From positions 2,332-66,331 of IMG/VR virus record IMGVR_UViG_3300046557_000516: a stretch of 64,000 nt of DNA; one strand, 5' to 3'. Each line of letters begins with the position of its first letter. Within the stretch, counting starts at the first letter, position 1. This stretch comes from a virus. A model generated the notes under the pieces. That model worked only from the letters and a program-made list of their open reading frames with translations, had not been told where the DNA came from and did no database searches. Below are positions 17,518 through 27,073 of this stretch, one piece after another. The translations under genes and the position numbers were made by a program.

Positions 17518-17928
17518 ATGGCTCCAGTTTTCAGGAATAAAGGAAATAAAAAGAAGCATCACAGCGAACGGTTCGTTGCCCCTGGTCTGTGGGTTGAGCG
17601 ATATTCGAATGCGAAGTGCGGCTTCATCGGGTTCTATCTCGGGCAGGCGAAGACATACGTGGAGGTTGCTGAAATAATTGGGGATGGCACTTCATCAGAC
17701 ACGCTCCGCCGCATGGTCGCTCTATGGAAACTTCCCGTCGACCGTGCTAGGCGAGGTTTCATCGTGAATATGACGACTCACAAGAAACGAAAGCTTGCCG
17801 CAAAATGCGAGCAACTCGGGATCGAGCCTGAAGAGTACCTTCGCCGCATCGCGGAGGCTGTCATCGGCGACGATCTTTATGACGCAGTGACGGATGGTAA
17901 ATTCGACAACAAGGGCAGCACCCGATGA
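17518..17928 (+). CDS. Hypothetical DNA-binding protein
   Basis: HTH-like and RHH-like segments. Confidence 0.6.
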   Translation: MAPVFRNKGNKKKHHSERFVAPGLWVERYSNAKCGFIGFYLGQAKTYVEVAEIIGDGTSSDTLRRMVALWKLPVDRARRGFIVNMTTHKKRKLAAKCEQLGIEPEEYLRRIAEAVIGDDLYDAVTDGKFDNKGSTR

Positions 17929-18692
17929 TCCAATGGACTCCAGGCGATGTGAAAGCGGCCCTGATCGATGCGTTCCAAATCGATTACTTAATTGGGGGTA
18001 GGATTGGCCCGAAGTCTTTCGGCTCAAACATGCCCTCCGTCTTCCAGGATGAGATAGATTACAAGATCCTCGAGCTCCTTGATGCTGTCGACGAAGACGA
18101 GGGCGGCACCAAGGGCGAGCATTTCAACGCCATGAAGCGCGATCGCCTCGCCGCGATCTCAACGCGCCGCAAGATCACCCCGGCGGAAGTAAGCCGGATG
18201 GAAGCCGTGTTGATCGGAACGAAGACGACGCCGTCCTGGTTGTCGGGATTGCTGAAGGGGCAGGACGGCCAGCGCAATTGTCTCGGCGCCTATTCCGTCC
18301 AGTCCGCCTTTTGGGGATTGCGCGGGAGAGAATTCAAGGAAGCCCGATTTTGCAAACGGATTGGTTGGAACCCGGATACCTTCGCGAACCGTCGCGACAC
18401 CGGCGCCGCTATGGTGACCTTCCGGCTGAATTCAATTGGCGTCGGCTGCTGGACTCGAGACGCCGCTGTTCCGGTCCAGGTGAAGCCGGCAAAGATCCCG
18501 TTGACCTATCTTCTGCTGGAATTTCTGAAGGATGAGCCGAAAACCAAGTACCAGTTCATCAGCTACGCTCACACCCAAGGCATTTTGCCGGAGCGTGACA
18601 TCCGAAGCGCCGCTGTGATCCAGGCGATCGGGAAATTGAAGGCCGCCGGCAAGATCTCAAAGCTCGCCGACGGCCGCCTCTGCAGGGTCTAA
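17925..18692 (+). CDS. Putative late transcription regulator (Q-position gene)
   Basis: W...DV..ALIDAF...GPK.FG..MP; last gene of rightward operon; function inferred from position. Confidence 0.5.
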   Translation: MIQWTPGDVKAALIDAFQIDYLIGGRIGPKSFGSNMPSVFQDEIDYKILELLDAVDEDEGGTKGEHFNAMKRDRLAAISTRRKITPAEVSRMEAVLIGTKTTPSWLSGLLKGQDGQRNCLGAYSVQSAFWGLRGREFKEARFCKRIGWNPDTFANRRDTGAAMVTFRLNSIGVGCWTRDAAVPVQVKPAKIPLTYLLLEFLKDEPKTKYQFISYAHTQGILPERDIRSAAVIQAIGKLKAAGKISKLADGRLCRV

Positions 18693-18868
18693 TTCTCTAT
18701 CGCGCGAGCCAAGGCGGGAACCTTGCTCGCGGTCCAGTCCAAGACCTCGAGGACGATAGCCTCGAGGACAGCCTCCGTGATGGTTTGACCCGCGAATTTC
18801 TCCATCAGGTGCTTTGAGATATCGACATCGTCTCGAGCGACAAATTCGAATTCAGTCCGCGCCGTCAA
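18689..18868 (-). CDS. Hypothetical protein (59 aa)
   Basis: Manual translation, TTG start coupled to upstream stop; converges on the rightward operon. Confidence 0.4.
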   Translation of the reverse strand: MTARTEFEFVARDDVDISKHLMEKFAGQTITEAVLEAIVLEVLDWTASKVPALARAIEN

Positions 18869-19131
18869 CGCTGTATTCCCCCCGTTGCTGCGGCCGTAGA
18901 TGCGCCCTTGAGCGCTTCAGCCAAGTCTACGATGTGTTTCCCCATCAGCGTCGCCGCGACGATGCGCGCCTCAGGAGCGATGACTTCGACGATGACGGCA
19001 ACTGCCGTCCGTTCCACCGCTTCAAAAACCTGGAGTATGTCCAGGCTTTGGGCTTTTGCGCCCCGCTTTATCATTGCAAGGATCTCCATCGATAAGCGTT
19101 CGATGCGATCTAAGTCCGTCACTTCCGCCAT
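18865..19131 (-). CDS. Hypothetical protein
   Basis: ORF with GAGG RBS. Confidence 0.6.
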   Translation of the reverse strand: MAEVTDLDRIERLSMEILAMIKRGAKAQSLDILQVFEAVERTAVAVIVEVIAPEARIVAATLMGKHIVDLAEALKGASTAAATGGIQR

Positions 19132-19224
19132 AATTTGGTTCCTCGTTTAATCAACCCAATTGGTATTCGAAATTCTGTCTGATTCGGCGATACTCCTTTC
19201 GGGATTGCAAACGGTTCATAGGGA

Positions 19225-19707
19225 TTAGTTGAGCGACTTCCTGTGAAGGCGTGACTTATTTATCGAGTCGAGCACGAGACCCGCATTGGTGGAAATCATT
19301 CCGACATCCGCCTTGGTCAAACCGAACGCCTCGTAAACGACGGCCATGGCCACCGTCATCGCATAGGCCGCTGTTTGCATAGGAAGCTTTTCGGCCTGGC
19401 AGGCGGAAAGCATCGCGGTCTGGATGAATTCCGACACCTTGTCCTCCGGATCTTTCACCATCTCCTGCGCCGGCCCGGTCTGTGCTTTGAGGTTCTTGTG
19501 CATGTCGTAGGCAAAATCGAGCAGGCTATCGATCTTGTAGCGCGGATCGACCCCCCTGAGGATCATGACGTTAACCAAGCTCTGCGCGACGACTGACAGC
19601 ACGGCGGGCGACATCGATTGCTTGCTGGCGTCGTGGACGATGATGGTTGCGAGTTTCTCGAGCAGGACTTTCGCCTGGATCTTTTCGCGGTCTGTTAGTT
19701 CGGTCAT
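19225..19707 (-). CDS. Hypothetical protein
   Basis: ORF with RBS. Confidence 0.65.
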   Translation of the reverse strand: MTELTDREKIQAKVLLEKLATIIVHDASKQSMSPAVLSVVAQSLVNVMILRGVDPRYKIDSLLDFAYDMHKNLKAQTGPAQEMVKDPEDKVSEFIQTAMLSACQAEKLPMQTAAYAMTVAMAVVYEAFGLTKADVGMISTNAGLVLDSINKSRLHRKSLN

Positions 19708-19718
19708 TTGATTTCCCT

Positions 19719-21134
19719 TCAGTGAATTGCGATTGCGATGAGAACGACGGACACGGCGAGCGCGACGACGCCCTGAAGCATCTTGGTCCGGCCGATACGC
19801 CGACGCGCGTCCCTGGCCTCCTGTGGCGGCGCAGAAGGGCTAACGACATACTTTGCGAAGTCGCCCTCCATCCAGGCGCCGGTCGGCTCGAGAATTGGCA
19901 AACCGCGCTCCGCCCGCATGCGGTTGTCGAATTGCTTCGCCGCTTCACCTTCCGTGGCCGAATAGGTGTACTTGACACGGAGCGATGAACCCAGGTTGAC
20001 GATCTCGCGCTCGAGCGTGGAAAGCGGCCCGATCTGTCCAGCCGGCAATTCCACCTTGACGCGCTCCACCTTCGTCGGGACGCCGTCGGCCTCGATCACG
20101 GAAATGAAGGCTTCACCGATCCCAAGCGTGGTGACTTCCTTGACGTCGACTCCGCGGTTCGGCCGGAACGATTTGATGGTTGCCTTGACCATGGTCTGAT
20201 CGCGCGGGGTATAGACGCGCAAGGCGTGCTGGATCTTGGAGCCCAACTGCGCGAGGACGGTATCGGGAACGTCGGCCACGGATTGGGTGACGAAGATGAC
20301 GCCAACGCCCTTCGACCGAACCAGGCGCACGAGACGCTCGATCTGCTGGATCAACGGCTTCGGGCTATCCGTAAACAGCAGATGCGCTTCATCGAAGACA
20401 AAGACGATCTTCGGCTGCGATAGATCGCCGACCTCAGGCAATTTCCGGAAGAGCTCGGTTAGCAGCCATAGCAGGAACGTCGCGTAAAGCTTCGGCGCCT
20501 CGATCAGCTTGTCGGCATGCAAAAGGTTGACGACGCCCTTCATTACGCCGCCTTCGAAGTCGAGTTGCCCGCGCAACAAATCCAGGATGTCGAACGGCGG
20601 CTCGCCGAATAACATCTCGCCGCCTTGTGACTCGAGCGTCATCAAATTGCGCTGGATCGCATTGATCGAAGAGCCGGTCACATTGCCGTATTTGTGCGAG
20701 ATCTCATCCCGGTTGTCGATCATGTCGACAAGGACGTAGCGCAGATCGTCCAGGGTGAGCATGAAGTCTTTTTCGTCCTCGGCTTTCCTGAAGGCGATCG
20801 CCAGCGTTCCCGCCTGGGTCTCGTTAAGCCGCAGCATCGATGACAGCAGTTCGGATCCCATCGCCTGGACAGATGTGCGGATTGGCAAGCCGTGAACCCC
20901 GAAGAGATCCCAAAATTGCGTTGGCGCCTTGGTTGCGATGCCGGAGAGATCGGACTTCACGTCGGAAGCGAAAACCGGAATGCCGTTGGCGGAGCATTGC
21001 TCCATGATGCGCTGCAAAGTCACCGTCTTGCCGCCGCCGGTGGAGCCGGTCACGAGCATGTGTCTGTTTAGGCGGGACAACGGGAGCGAGATGAGGCGGC
21101 CGTCGGCGGTCTTACCAATATCGATGTGCGTCAT
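19719..21134 (-). CDS. HerA/FtsK-like ATPase (DUF853 family)
   Basis: NRH.LVTG.TG.GKTVTLQ; FVFDEAHLLF; VRLVRSKGVG..FVTQ; QHALR.YTP. Confidence 0.88.
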   Translation of the reverse strand: MTHIDIGKTADGRLISLPLSRLNRHMLVTGSTGGGKTVTLQRIMEQCSANGIPVFASDVKSDLSGIATKAPTQFWDLFGVHGLPIRTSVQAMGSELLSSMLRLNETQAGTLAIAFRKAEDEKDFMLTLDDLRYVLVDMIDNRDEISHKYGNVTGSSINAIQRNLMTLESQGGEMLFGEPPFDILDLLRGQLDFEGGVMKGVVNLLHADKLIEAPKLYATFLLWLLTELFRKLPEVGDLSQPKIVFVFDEAHLLFTDSPKPLIQQIERLVRLVRSKGVGVIFVTQSVADVPDTVLAQLGSKIQHALRVYTPRDQTMVKATIKSFRPNRGVDVKEVTTLGIGEAFISVIEADGVPTKVERVKVELPAGQIGPLSTLEREIVNLGSSLRVKYTYSATEGEAAKQFDNRMRAERGLPILEPTGAWMEGDFAKYVVSPSAPPQEARDARRRIGRTKMLQGVVALAVSVVLIAIAIH

Positions 21135-21283
21135 TCTCTGATCTCCAGTTGCTTAAGGGCCTTGATGTAGCGCCGCGCTCCGGCCGCCAGTTTCTGGTAG
21201 CGTTTGATGTCCGCGATGTGTTCAGCAAGCTCGATTTTTGCCTTTGCGATGGCGTCGTCGATTTCTTTCCGCTCGTGCTTCAT
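21131..21283 (-). CDS. Hypothetical protein (50 aa)
   Basis: Manual translation MKHERKEIDDA...; ATGA overlaps on both sides. Confidence 0.5.
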   Translation of the reverse strand: MKHERKEIDDAIAKAKIELAEHIADIKRYQKLAAGARRYIKALKQLEIRE

Positions 21284-21459
21284 GATTTCCAGATCTCCAA
21301 TCCCTTTGCGTAGGCGTAGCGCTTCAATCCGTTGATTTGCCTCATCTCCTCATCAATGGCCCGCTGTATCCGCTTAATTTCCCGCAAGCCGAAGGCGAGC
21401 CGATACTGCGCCGTGACGAGGCTAGCGTTGAATTCCAGTTCCTCTTCAGCCTTGCTCAT
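21280..21459 (-). CDS. Hypothetical protein
   Basis: Start trimmed to MSKAEEE; ATGA overlap. Confidence 0.5.
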   Translation of the reverse strand: MSKAEEELEFNASLVTAQYRLAFGLREIKRIQRAIDEEMRQINGLKRYAYAKGLEIWKS

Positions 21460-21773
21460 TCGACGTCCTCCAGGTGATCGTCCGGAGCGCGCTCCAGGTA
21501 CGGGAATTCGACCCCAGGCAATTGCTTGTCGGAAACGATGCGTTCCGCCGCCTCCTGGCGGGCATTGATAATCATCGACGGATTGCCGGTGAAAATCGCC
21601 AGCACGATGGGAACCCAATACGGAATGTTATCTTCCCCATCGATCCAATTGTGGATGCGCTTCGGTTCGAACCCAAAGATCCGTGCAAAGGCATTGGGAA
21701 CCATGCCGATCTGATCCAGCGCCCGGGCGAATTCCGGCCCCGTCAGTCGGACGTATTCAAATCTGCGGCTCAT
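21456..21773 (-). CDS. XRE-like HTH protein
   Basis: LT..EF..AL..IG.....FAR.FG.....I.NW..G...IP.WV. Confidence 0.65.
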   Translation of the reverse strand: MSRRFEYVRLTGPEFARALDQIGMVPNAFARIFGFEPKRIHNWIDGEDNIPYWVPIVLAIFTGNPSMIINARQEAAERIVSDKQLPGVEFPYLERAPDDHLEDVE

Positions 21774-21973
21774 GTCTTCCTCCTGGGGATGGATTTGATC
21801 GTCTTGACGACGAAAGCCTCCGGAGATTTACGCGTCGGCCAATTGTCCGCCACATAGGTATCCGTGTAGAATTCGCCGTGGATATTGTTCCGGATCTCCT
21901 TCAGCGCGTATTCGCGGCTGCAATTGCGATCGAACCGGACCTTGATCGAGAATTCGTGCGTCTTACTCTGCAT
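21770..21973 (-). CDS. Hypothetical protein
   Basis: Coupled ORF. Confidence 0.55.
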   Translation of the reverse strand: MQSKTHEFSIKVRFDRNCSREYALKEIRNNIHGEFYTDTYVADNWPTRKSPEAFVVKTIKSIPRRKT

Positions 21974-22325
21974 TGTCAGCGTACTCCCGGATCTCGCGCG
22001 TGACCTGGCCCAATTCGATCACGGCATTGGATGCCAGCCAAATCAGGATGTCGCGGATTGCATCGATGTCGCACGAGATCTCGCGCAATTCTGTTTTCAT
22101 GACCTCGACGCCATCGAGGCGATAGCGCTCCGCCAGAATTGCTTTCGCATCCTCGACAGCGTGGTAATGCCTCATCCCGCCGTTTGACAGATAGATAGAC
22201 TGTCCCTCCGCCCTGCGGACGTTGGGAATGTTGCGAGCGTGTTTCGAGTCCTTCAAGCGCTCCTGGAGATGCGCGACTTGCTGGAGGAATTGCTCCAGCG
22301 TGGAATTAGGCTTTCGTTCAAACAT
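21963..22325 (-). CDS. Hypothetical protein
   Basis: Start trimmed to MFERKP after an AAGG RBS. Confidence 0.6.
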   Translation of the reverse strand: MFERKPNSTLEQFLQQVAHLQERLKDSKHARNIPNVRRAEGQSIYLSNGGMRHYHAVEDAKAILAERYRLDGVEVMKTELREISCDIDAIRDILIWLASNAVIELGQVTREIREYADNAE

Positions 22326-22543
22326 GGCATTGCCTTTCGTAATTGATCCCACGATTGGGATATGTGGGCGGAGCGTTACTGAAGCGCTCCGCCGCTGATG
22401 TGGTTGCCCGATAGGCTCGCGTTAGAGCATGACGGCATTCTCCTCCTGTTTACTCGCCAGCGCGATCTAGTCCGCAGCACTGGCAATCCGTGGCGCGGCG
22501 CCTCTATGAGCGCGACGGGGTAACGTCGCGCCTTAGAAGAGCC

Positions 22544-22747
22544 CTAGGAAAGGGCGGCTAGCGCACGGCGGAAATCATCCTTGGTAAGCTCCTTCCAGCC
22601 TACTACCTTTCCGTCCACGCGCACCTCCTGTCGATGCACGACATTGCCGTCGCGTAATGAGGTGTACTCGACACATGGCGCGATATCAGCAAACGGCTTC
22701 AGCGCCGCCCGCAGCATATCCAATTCCTTCTGATTATCCTCGTTCAT
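22544..22747 (-). CDS. Hypothetical protein
   Basis: MNEDNQ...LRAALKPFA...LT.DDFRRA; AAGGA RBS. Confidence 0.6.
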   Translation of the reverse strand: MNEDNQKELDMLRAALKPFADIAPCVEYTSLRDGNVVHRQEVRVDGKVVGWKELTKDDFRRALAALS

Positions 22748-22808
22748 GCCTGAATTCCTTTTGACCTGAGGGGATGAGGCGGAGCGAATTGCCGCTCCGC
22801 CAATTGGA

Positions 22809-23984
22809 CTAGACGCGCATTGGCATAAGAACCGCAGTCCAGCCGTCGCGGCCGTAGATGCGAGACGGTGAGCCGGCATCGCGGAAACCAATCCGCAGCT
22901 CGCCGCCGCCATGCGTGGCAATGGCTTCCAGGACGTAGCGGCCGTTGAAACCAATTTCGAATTCGTCACCGCTCCAATGTGCAGGGATATCGGCGGAGGC
23001 CGAACCGTTGTCCGGATTGTTGCAATGGAGCTTTGACTCCGATTTACCCAACGAAAGCTTGAAAGCGCGTCCCTTGTCGGAAGCGATCAATAGGACAGAC
23101 TTCACCGCTTCAGCCAATTCGTCCGCCTCAAACAAAGCGAAGTCAGCACTGTGGACCATATCCGGAATGGCGCGCTGATAGTCCGGAAACGTGCCGTCGA
23201 TTGTTTTCGCCGTGATAACGACGTCGCCGAATTCGAATTCGAAGGCAAAGCGGATCCTGCGGCTTTTGCTGTCGTCCACCGTCACGGTTACGATACGCGG
23301 CGCGTTCTTGCCCTTTAGGAGCGCCTCCATAAGCTTTACGACACGAGTTGGCACGATGAGGCCAAGCGGCAACGTCGGGAATTCCTCCGGCTTGCCGACG
23401 TTCTGTCGATAAAGCCTATGCCCATCGGTCGCAACGAAGGTCAAAACGTCCGCGATTGTGTGAACAAAGATCCCATTGAGGTAATAGCGCGTTTCCTCGG
23501 TTGAGATCGCGCCAGATGTCTTGTGAAAGGCGTTGTAAAGCGTGGACCCGTCGATATCGAAGGCAACGGAGTCCAGCGCGGGAACGTCCATGACCGGAAA
23601 ATCGGCCGCATCAATTGTCGGCAGACTATAGCGAGCCTTTTCGAATTCGACTTTCAGATATGTCGGATATTGCTCAAGCGCGACACAATAGGCTTTTGGC
23701 GCGTTCTTAAGCAGCTTCAGCACGTTGGACGCTGCGGCCGTTGTGTCGAGTCGCGAGTCAACGGCGGCCGCAATCTTCACCTGAATTTCGATATCCAGGT
23801 TCGTTGCCGTCATCGTGATATGCGAGCCCGAACCCTGAAGGCGGACGTTGTCCAGGACCGGAATTGAGTTGCGCGTCTCAACCGCCTTCGTGACGATCTC
23901 CATAGCGGCCGTAAAGGCGTCGCGCTCGATAACGGCGGAGGGGGCGAGTGTGGCGGAAATGGTTGCTGCGTTTTCCATAGTCAT
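22809..23984 (-). CDS. dnaN: DNA polymerase III beta sliding clamp homologue
   Basis: RNSIPVLDNV, ATNLDI, AISTEETRYYLNGIF, VATDGHRL, IDGTFPDYQR, IGFNGRY, VLMPMRV. Confidence 0.93.
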   Translation of the reverse strand: MTMENAATISATLAPSAVIERDAFTAAMEIVTKAVETRNSIPVLDNVRLQGSGSHITMTATNLDIEIQVKIAAAVDSRLDTTAAASNVLKLLKNAPKAYCVALEQYPTYLKVEFEKARYSLPTIDAADFPVMDVPALDSVAFDIDGSTLYNAFHKTSGAISTEETRYYLNGIFVHTIADVLTFVATDGHRLYRQNVGKPEEFPTLPLGLIVPTRVVKLMEALLKGKNAPRIVTVTVDDSKSRRIRFAFEFEFGDVVITAKTIDGTFPDYQRAIPDMVHSADFALFEADELAEAVKSVLLIASDKGRAFKLSLGKSESKLHCNNPDNGSASADIPAHWSGDEFEIGFNGRYVLEAIATHGGGELRIGFRDAGSPSRIYGRDGWTAVLMPMRV

Positions 23985-24058
23985 GTTCCTTTTGTGATGC
24001 GGTGAACAATTTCACCCATGACGGCCGAACGTGGCGGCCGTCGCGGCTGGAATTGGTT

Positions 24059-24265
24059 TCAGTCTTCCTCATCGTCGCAAGTCTGGATTGACATCTCGCC
24101 GACATTGTTTCCGTTGATGTCGATTAAGTGCCAACTGTTGATATTCCCGTTTTCGAAGTCGTCCGCCAGCTTGCGCAAGATGCGCGCAATTTCGCTAGTT
24201 GGGCTTTCTTCAAAAGCCGCGTTGCTGGTTTCAATGTGAAGCGCGATGCGCTCAAACTTAGCCAT
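24059..24265 (-). CDS. Small phage hypothetical protein
   Basis: IET.NAAFE....EIARILRKLA....D.NGN.VG. Confidence 0.65.
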   Translation of the reverse strand: MAKFERIALHIETSNAAFEESPTSEIARILRKLADDFENGNINSWHLIDINGNNVGEMSIQTCDDEED

Positions 24266-24633
24266 TAGAAAGCACTCCGTTGCGTGGAAAGGGTGATTGC
24301 GTCCTGCAGGATTGCGCACGCCTTGTCTGTATTCTCGCCGATGAGATCTAGCGCGGCTCGCATTGGCGCGAGGATGCCGTCTAGCACTTCGAAGGCGTCG
24401 GCCTCAGAGATATAATCACCCATCGCGCATGCGAGCATGTGGCCGCTGGTATCCGCGTAGTGGCCGTATACCGTCCAAAAGCTTTCGTGCGGTATAGAGG
24501 CGTCGTTCAATTGGCGTTCCACGCGCTCAAACTCCGCCTTGTTGGCGTAGGATGTCAAAGCCGTGGTCTCTACGCCTTCAACGGTTTCCGCGATCTCTAT
24601 GCATGGCCTGATGTGGTAATAGTCAAAGCGCAT
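24265..24633 (-). CDS. Hypothetical protein
   Basis: Coupled ORF, MRFDYY start. Confidence 0.6.
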   Translation of the reverse strand: MRFDYYHIRPCIEIAETVEGVETTALTSYANKAEFERVERQLNDASIPHESFWTVYGHYADTSGHMLACAMGDYISEADAFEVLDGILAPMRAALDLIGENTDKACAILQDAITLSTQRSAF

Positions 24634-25426
24634 TGTCTTCACCCCCATAGATGAAACCGCAAGCGATCATGTCGCTGCGGAATTGCTCGATAAGTCCAGG
24701 AAGGCGCGCGGCAAGCTTTGCCTTCAATTCCTCAGGCGGAGCGCACAATTCCTCGTCTGTCGCCTCGGGCCAAACGGCCGAACTGCGGGCTAAATCAAGC
24801 TGGCGTTCCTTGCCTTCACCCACGCGACACCACGGCCGCCAAACGAGCTGCAAGCCGTCGTCTTCCGGTTGTTCTGCGGAGTCGACCTGTTTCGGGATCT
24901 GATAGAGCGCGATCTCGAAACCATCCTTGTCCAGGGCGACGCGTTCCCATGCCGGCAATTTGGTCTTGCCGTTGACGATTTGGCGACGCTCGCCTTTCAG
25001 CAAGCCGGATGAATCGCGGTTGCTGGCGTGATAGACCGTGTTTGCGAGGTAGTGCATAGGGCCCGCCGTTCCGCACAAATGCCACTTGATGAGCGGAGCA
25101 AACTCCGGAAAGTGTTTGACAATATCGCCATGCGCTGCGCCGCCACCGCTTTCGCGCCAAAATCCGGAGCGCTCCTCATCAATCGAGCAAGTGATGCCGA
25201 AATCATCGTGGCCGTTCTGGCAATTGTCGTCGAAACGGAGCTCAACGCGCATCCGCATCTTGCGGCCGTTTTCATTGTAAAACCGCGTCGCTCCAAACGT
25301 CTGACTTGCAAGCGTGGTCAATTGTCCAGTCCAGCGGATGACGTTGAACATGCGGCCGGCAACGCCGTTGATGACGTGCGAGAATTCCTCGCGCACGATT
25401 TCGGAAGAAAGCTTTAGGCGGTTCAT
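24623..25426 (-). CDS. Phage hypothetical protein
   Basis: RFDD.C.NGH.DF.IT...GG..H..I...FPE..PLIKWHL....GPMHY.AN..YH. Confidence 0.7.
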   Translation of the reverse strand: MNRLKLSSEIVREEFSHVINGVAGRMFNVIRWTGQLTTLASQTFGATRFYNENGRKMRMRVELRFDDNCQNGHDDFGITCSIDEERSGFWRESGGGAAHGDIVKHFPEFAPLIKWHLCGTAGPMHYLANTVYHASNRDSSGLLKGERRQIVNGKTKLPAWERVALDKDGFEIALYQIPKQVDSAEQPEDDGLQLVWRPWCRVGEGKERQLDLARSSAVWPEATDEELCAPPEELKAKLAARLPGLIEQFRSDMIACGFIYGGEDNAL

Positions 25427-25515
25427 TGCAGTTCCCTTTCCAGTTTCGCCACCATTGGCGAGCGTCTTAAGGATGCGCCACGGTTGAGCCGTGGCGACAC
25501 CTTAGAACGCCTTGG

Positions 25516-26409
25516 TTATGCCGCGCGCTTGAACCCCTTCAGGGCGGCCATTTGCTCCGCCATGGCCCAAAGAGCCTTATTCAACTTGATATCGCCATCG
25601 ATGTTTTTCACGGCGCGCATTGCCGGGCGACGGCCGTCGATACGTCCACGCGCGGTCAAATCGCCCTTAATGGCATGTTCTTGGATGACGTTGAATTTCG
25701 TCCACAAGTCCGAACCGCCATCGTCGCGACGGTTCGGCCGCAAGAATTGTTCAGGCTGATAGGCGCGAAACTGTGGCGTTTCCGGTTCGCCTTCAGCCGC
25801 TCCGAAACGGTACTCGTGTGCAGCGGCCGCCATAATCATTTGCTCGTCACGGTCTAGCGTGATCTGTCCCCAATCCTGAGGCGCGGCTAGCAGCAACTCG
25901 GCTGACTTCAGGACTTCATATGTCCCTTCAATCACCTTGCCCTGTATGGCCTCCGCCGTGCCAGTGTGACGAACCTTGACGGAGTCGACAGTCGAGATTT
26001 GCGACACAAGCGAGTTTGTGCAGCGAATGCGGAACATGCCGCCCATCAAGTCATATGCGGCGGTTCCATCGTTCGCGTTCTTGAGTAGGATTTCAAAAAC
26101 CGAATCGCCGACACTGAATTTCTGATCCTGATCCAAGCGACGGAAGCGGAGCATATGCTTTGTGAAGTCGCGGCGGGTTTCGTCGCGTGTGCCGCCCTGT
26201 TTCGCGCCAACTGGCGAAAAGCCTTCGGACTGAAGAGCGCGAACGATCTCGATTGTTGGGATAGGCTGGAAACGATCGCTGCGGCTATCGTGCTTTTCAA
26301 CCGCAAAGATCGAAGGCGCAACTTTGCGCATTTCATCCTCAGTCAAAGCGCGTGCGCTTCCGTCAAAACGAGCGGTCTGATTGGCATAGATAGGATGCAT
26401 GTAAGACAT
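25516..26409 (-). CDS. DUF932/DUF945 family protein
   Basis: APSIFA...H.SRS.RF..IPT; EGF.PV; FTKHMLRFR; EI.L.N.NDG; G.FR..C.N; DLW..FNVIQE; N.ALW. Confidence 0.9.
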   Translation of the reverse strand: MSYMHPIYANQTARFDGSARALTEDEMRKVAPSIFAVEKHDSRSDRFQPIPTIEIVRALQSEGFSPVGAKQGGTRDETRRDFTKHMLRFRRLDQDQKFSVGDSVFEILLKNANDGTAAYDLMGGMFRIRCTNSLVSQISTVDSVKVRHTGTAEAIQGKVIEGTYEVLKSAELLLAAPQDWGQITLDRDEQMIMAAAAHEYRFGAAEGEPETPQFRAYQPEQFLRPNRRDDGGSDLWTKFNVIQEHAIKGDLTARGRIDGRRPAMRAVKNIDGDIKLNKALWAMAEQMAALKGFKRAA

Positions 26410-26542
26410 GGTCTTTCCTTCATAATCGGCGAAATTGCCGGATTAGTGCAGCGCAAAGAAAGAAACGCGACGCTGCATTAACGCAAGAAATTTCGTGCCG
26501 TCGGAAATTTTCCGGCTGGCAATTGTTTTTAGACCCCTGAAA

Positions 26543-26914
26543 CTAGGGGGTGGCGGCCGCCGTTTTCTCGCCGAAACCGTGGAAACCCGCCGTTTTCGCG
26601 CTTTCGCCCATAGAACCCCGTACGACGCGTTGCGCGCTTTCAGCCACGGTAGCCGCGCTTTCCTCAGAGATCGCGCCCTTGACGCCCTCCGGCCGCTTTA
26701 CGCGCTCCGTTCGGCACGTTGCCACAACTCCGGAGATGCGAGCCGCTTCGATGGCGTCGACACAATCTTGCATGGTCAAGCCATGGTCTGAAATGTCGGA
26801 CTCCGAACCGTGGAACGTGATGAGCTCATAGCGCGCACCTGGAGCGGCCGGAGCTGCCAACGCGAACGATGCCGCGAAAGCGAGGGCGCCAATGATGAGG
26901 ACGGGTTTTGACAT
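26543..26914 (-). CDS. Putative secreted protein
   Basis: MSKPVLIIGALAFAASFALA signal-peptide-like N-terminus; two Cys. Confidence 0.55.
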   Translation of the reverse strand: MSKPVLIIGALAFAASFALAAPAAPGARYELITFHGSESDISDHGLTMQDCVDAIEAARISGVVATCRTERVKRPEGVKGAISEESAATVAESAQRVVRGSMGESAKTAGFHGFGEKTAAATP

Positions 26915-26918
26915 GACT

Positions 26919-27062
26919 TCAGCCTTTCGCGACAGAGATGGCGTGCAACCACTTGCCGCCGATGAGAAACACAATCTTGCCGTCGCGGCTCATATGAGAG
27001 ACCACGCCCTCGCGCGTCGCGCCGTAGTTCGAATAGGTGACCTTGTCGCCTTGCTTGAACAT
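26919..27062 (-). CDS. Small SH3/KOW-like protein (47 aa)
   Basis: Manual translation MFKQGDKVTY...GVV...IVFL; AGGAG RBS. Confidence 0.55.
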   Translation of the reverse strand: MFKQGDKVTYSNYGATREGVVSHMSRDGKIVFLIGGKWLHAISVAKG

Positions 27063-27073
27063 GTCGAGCGCTC

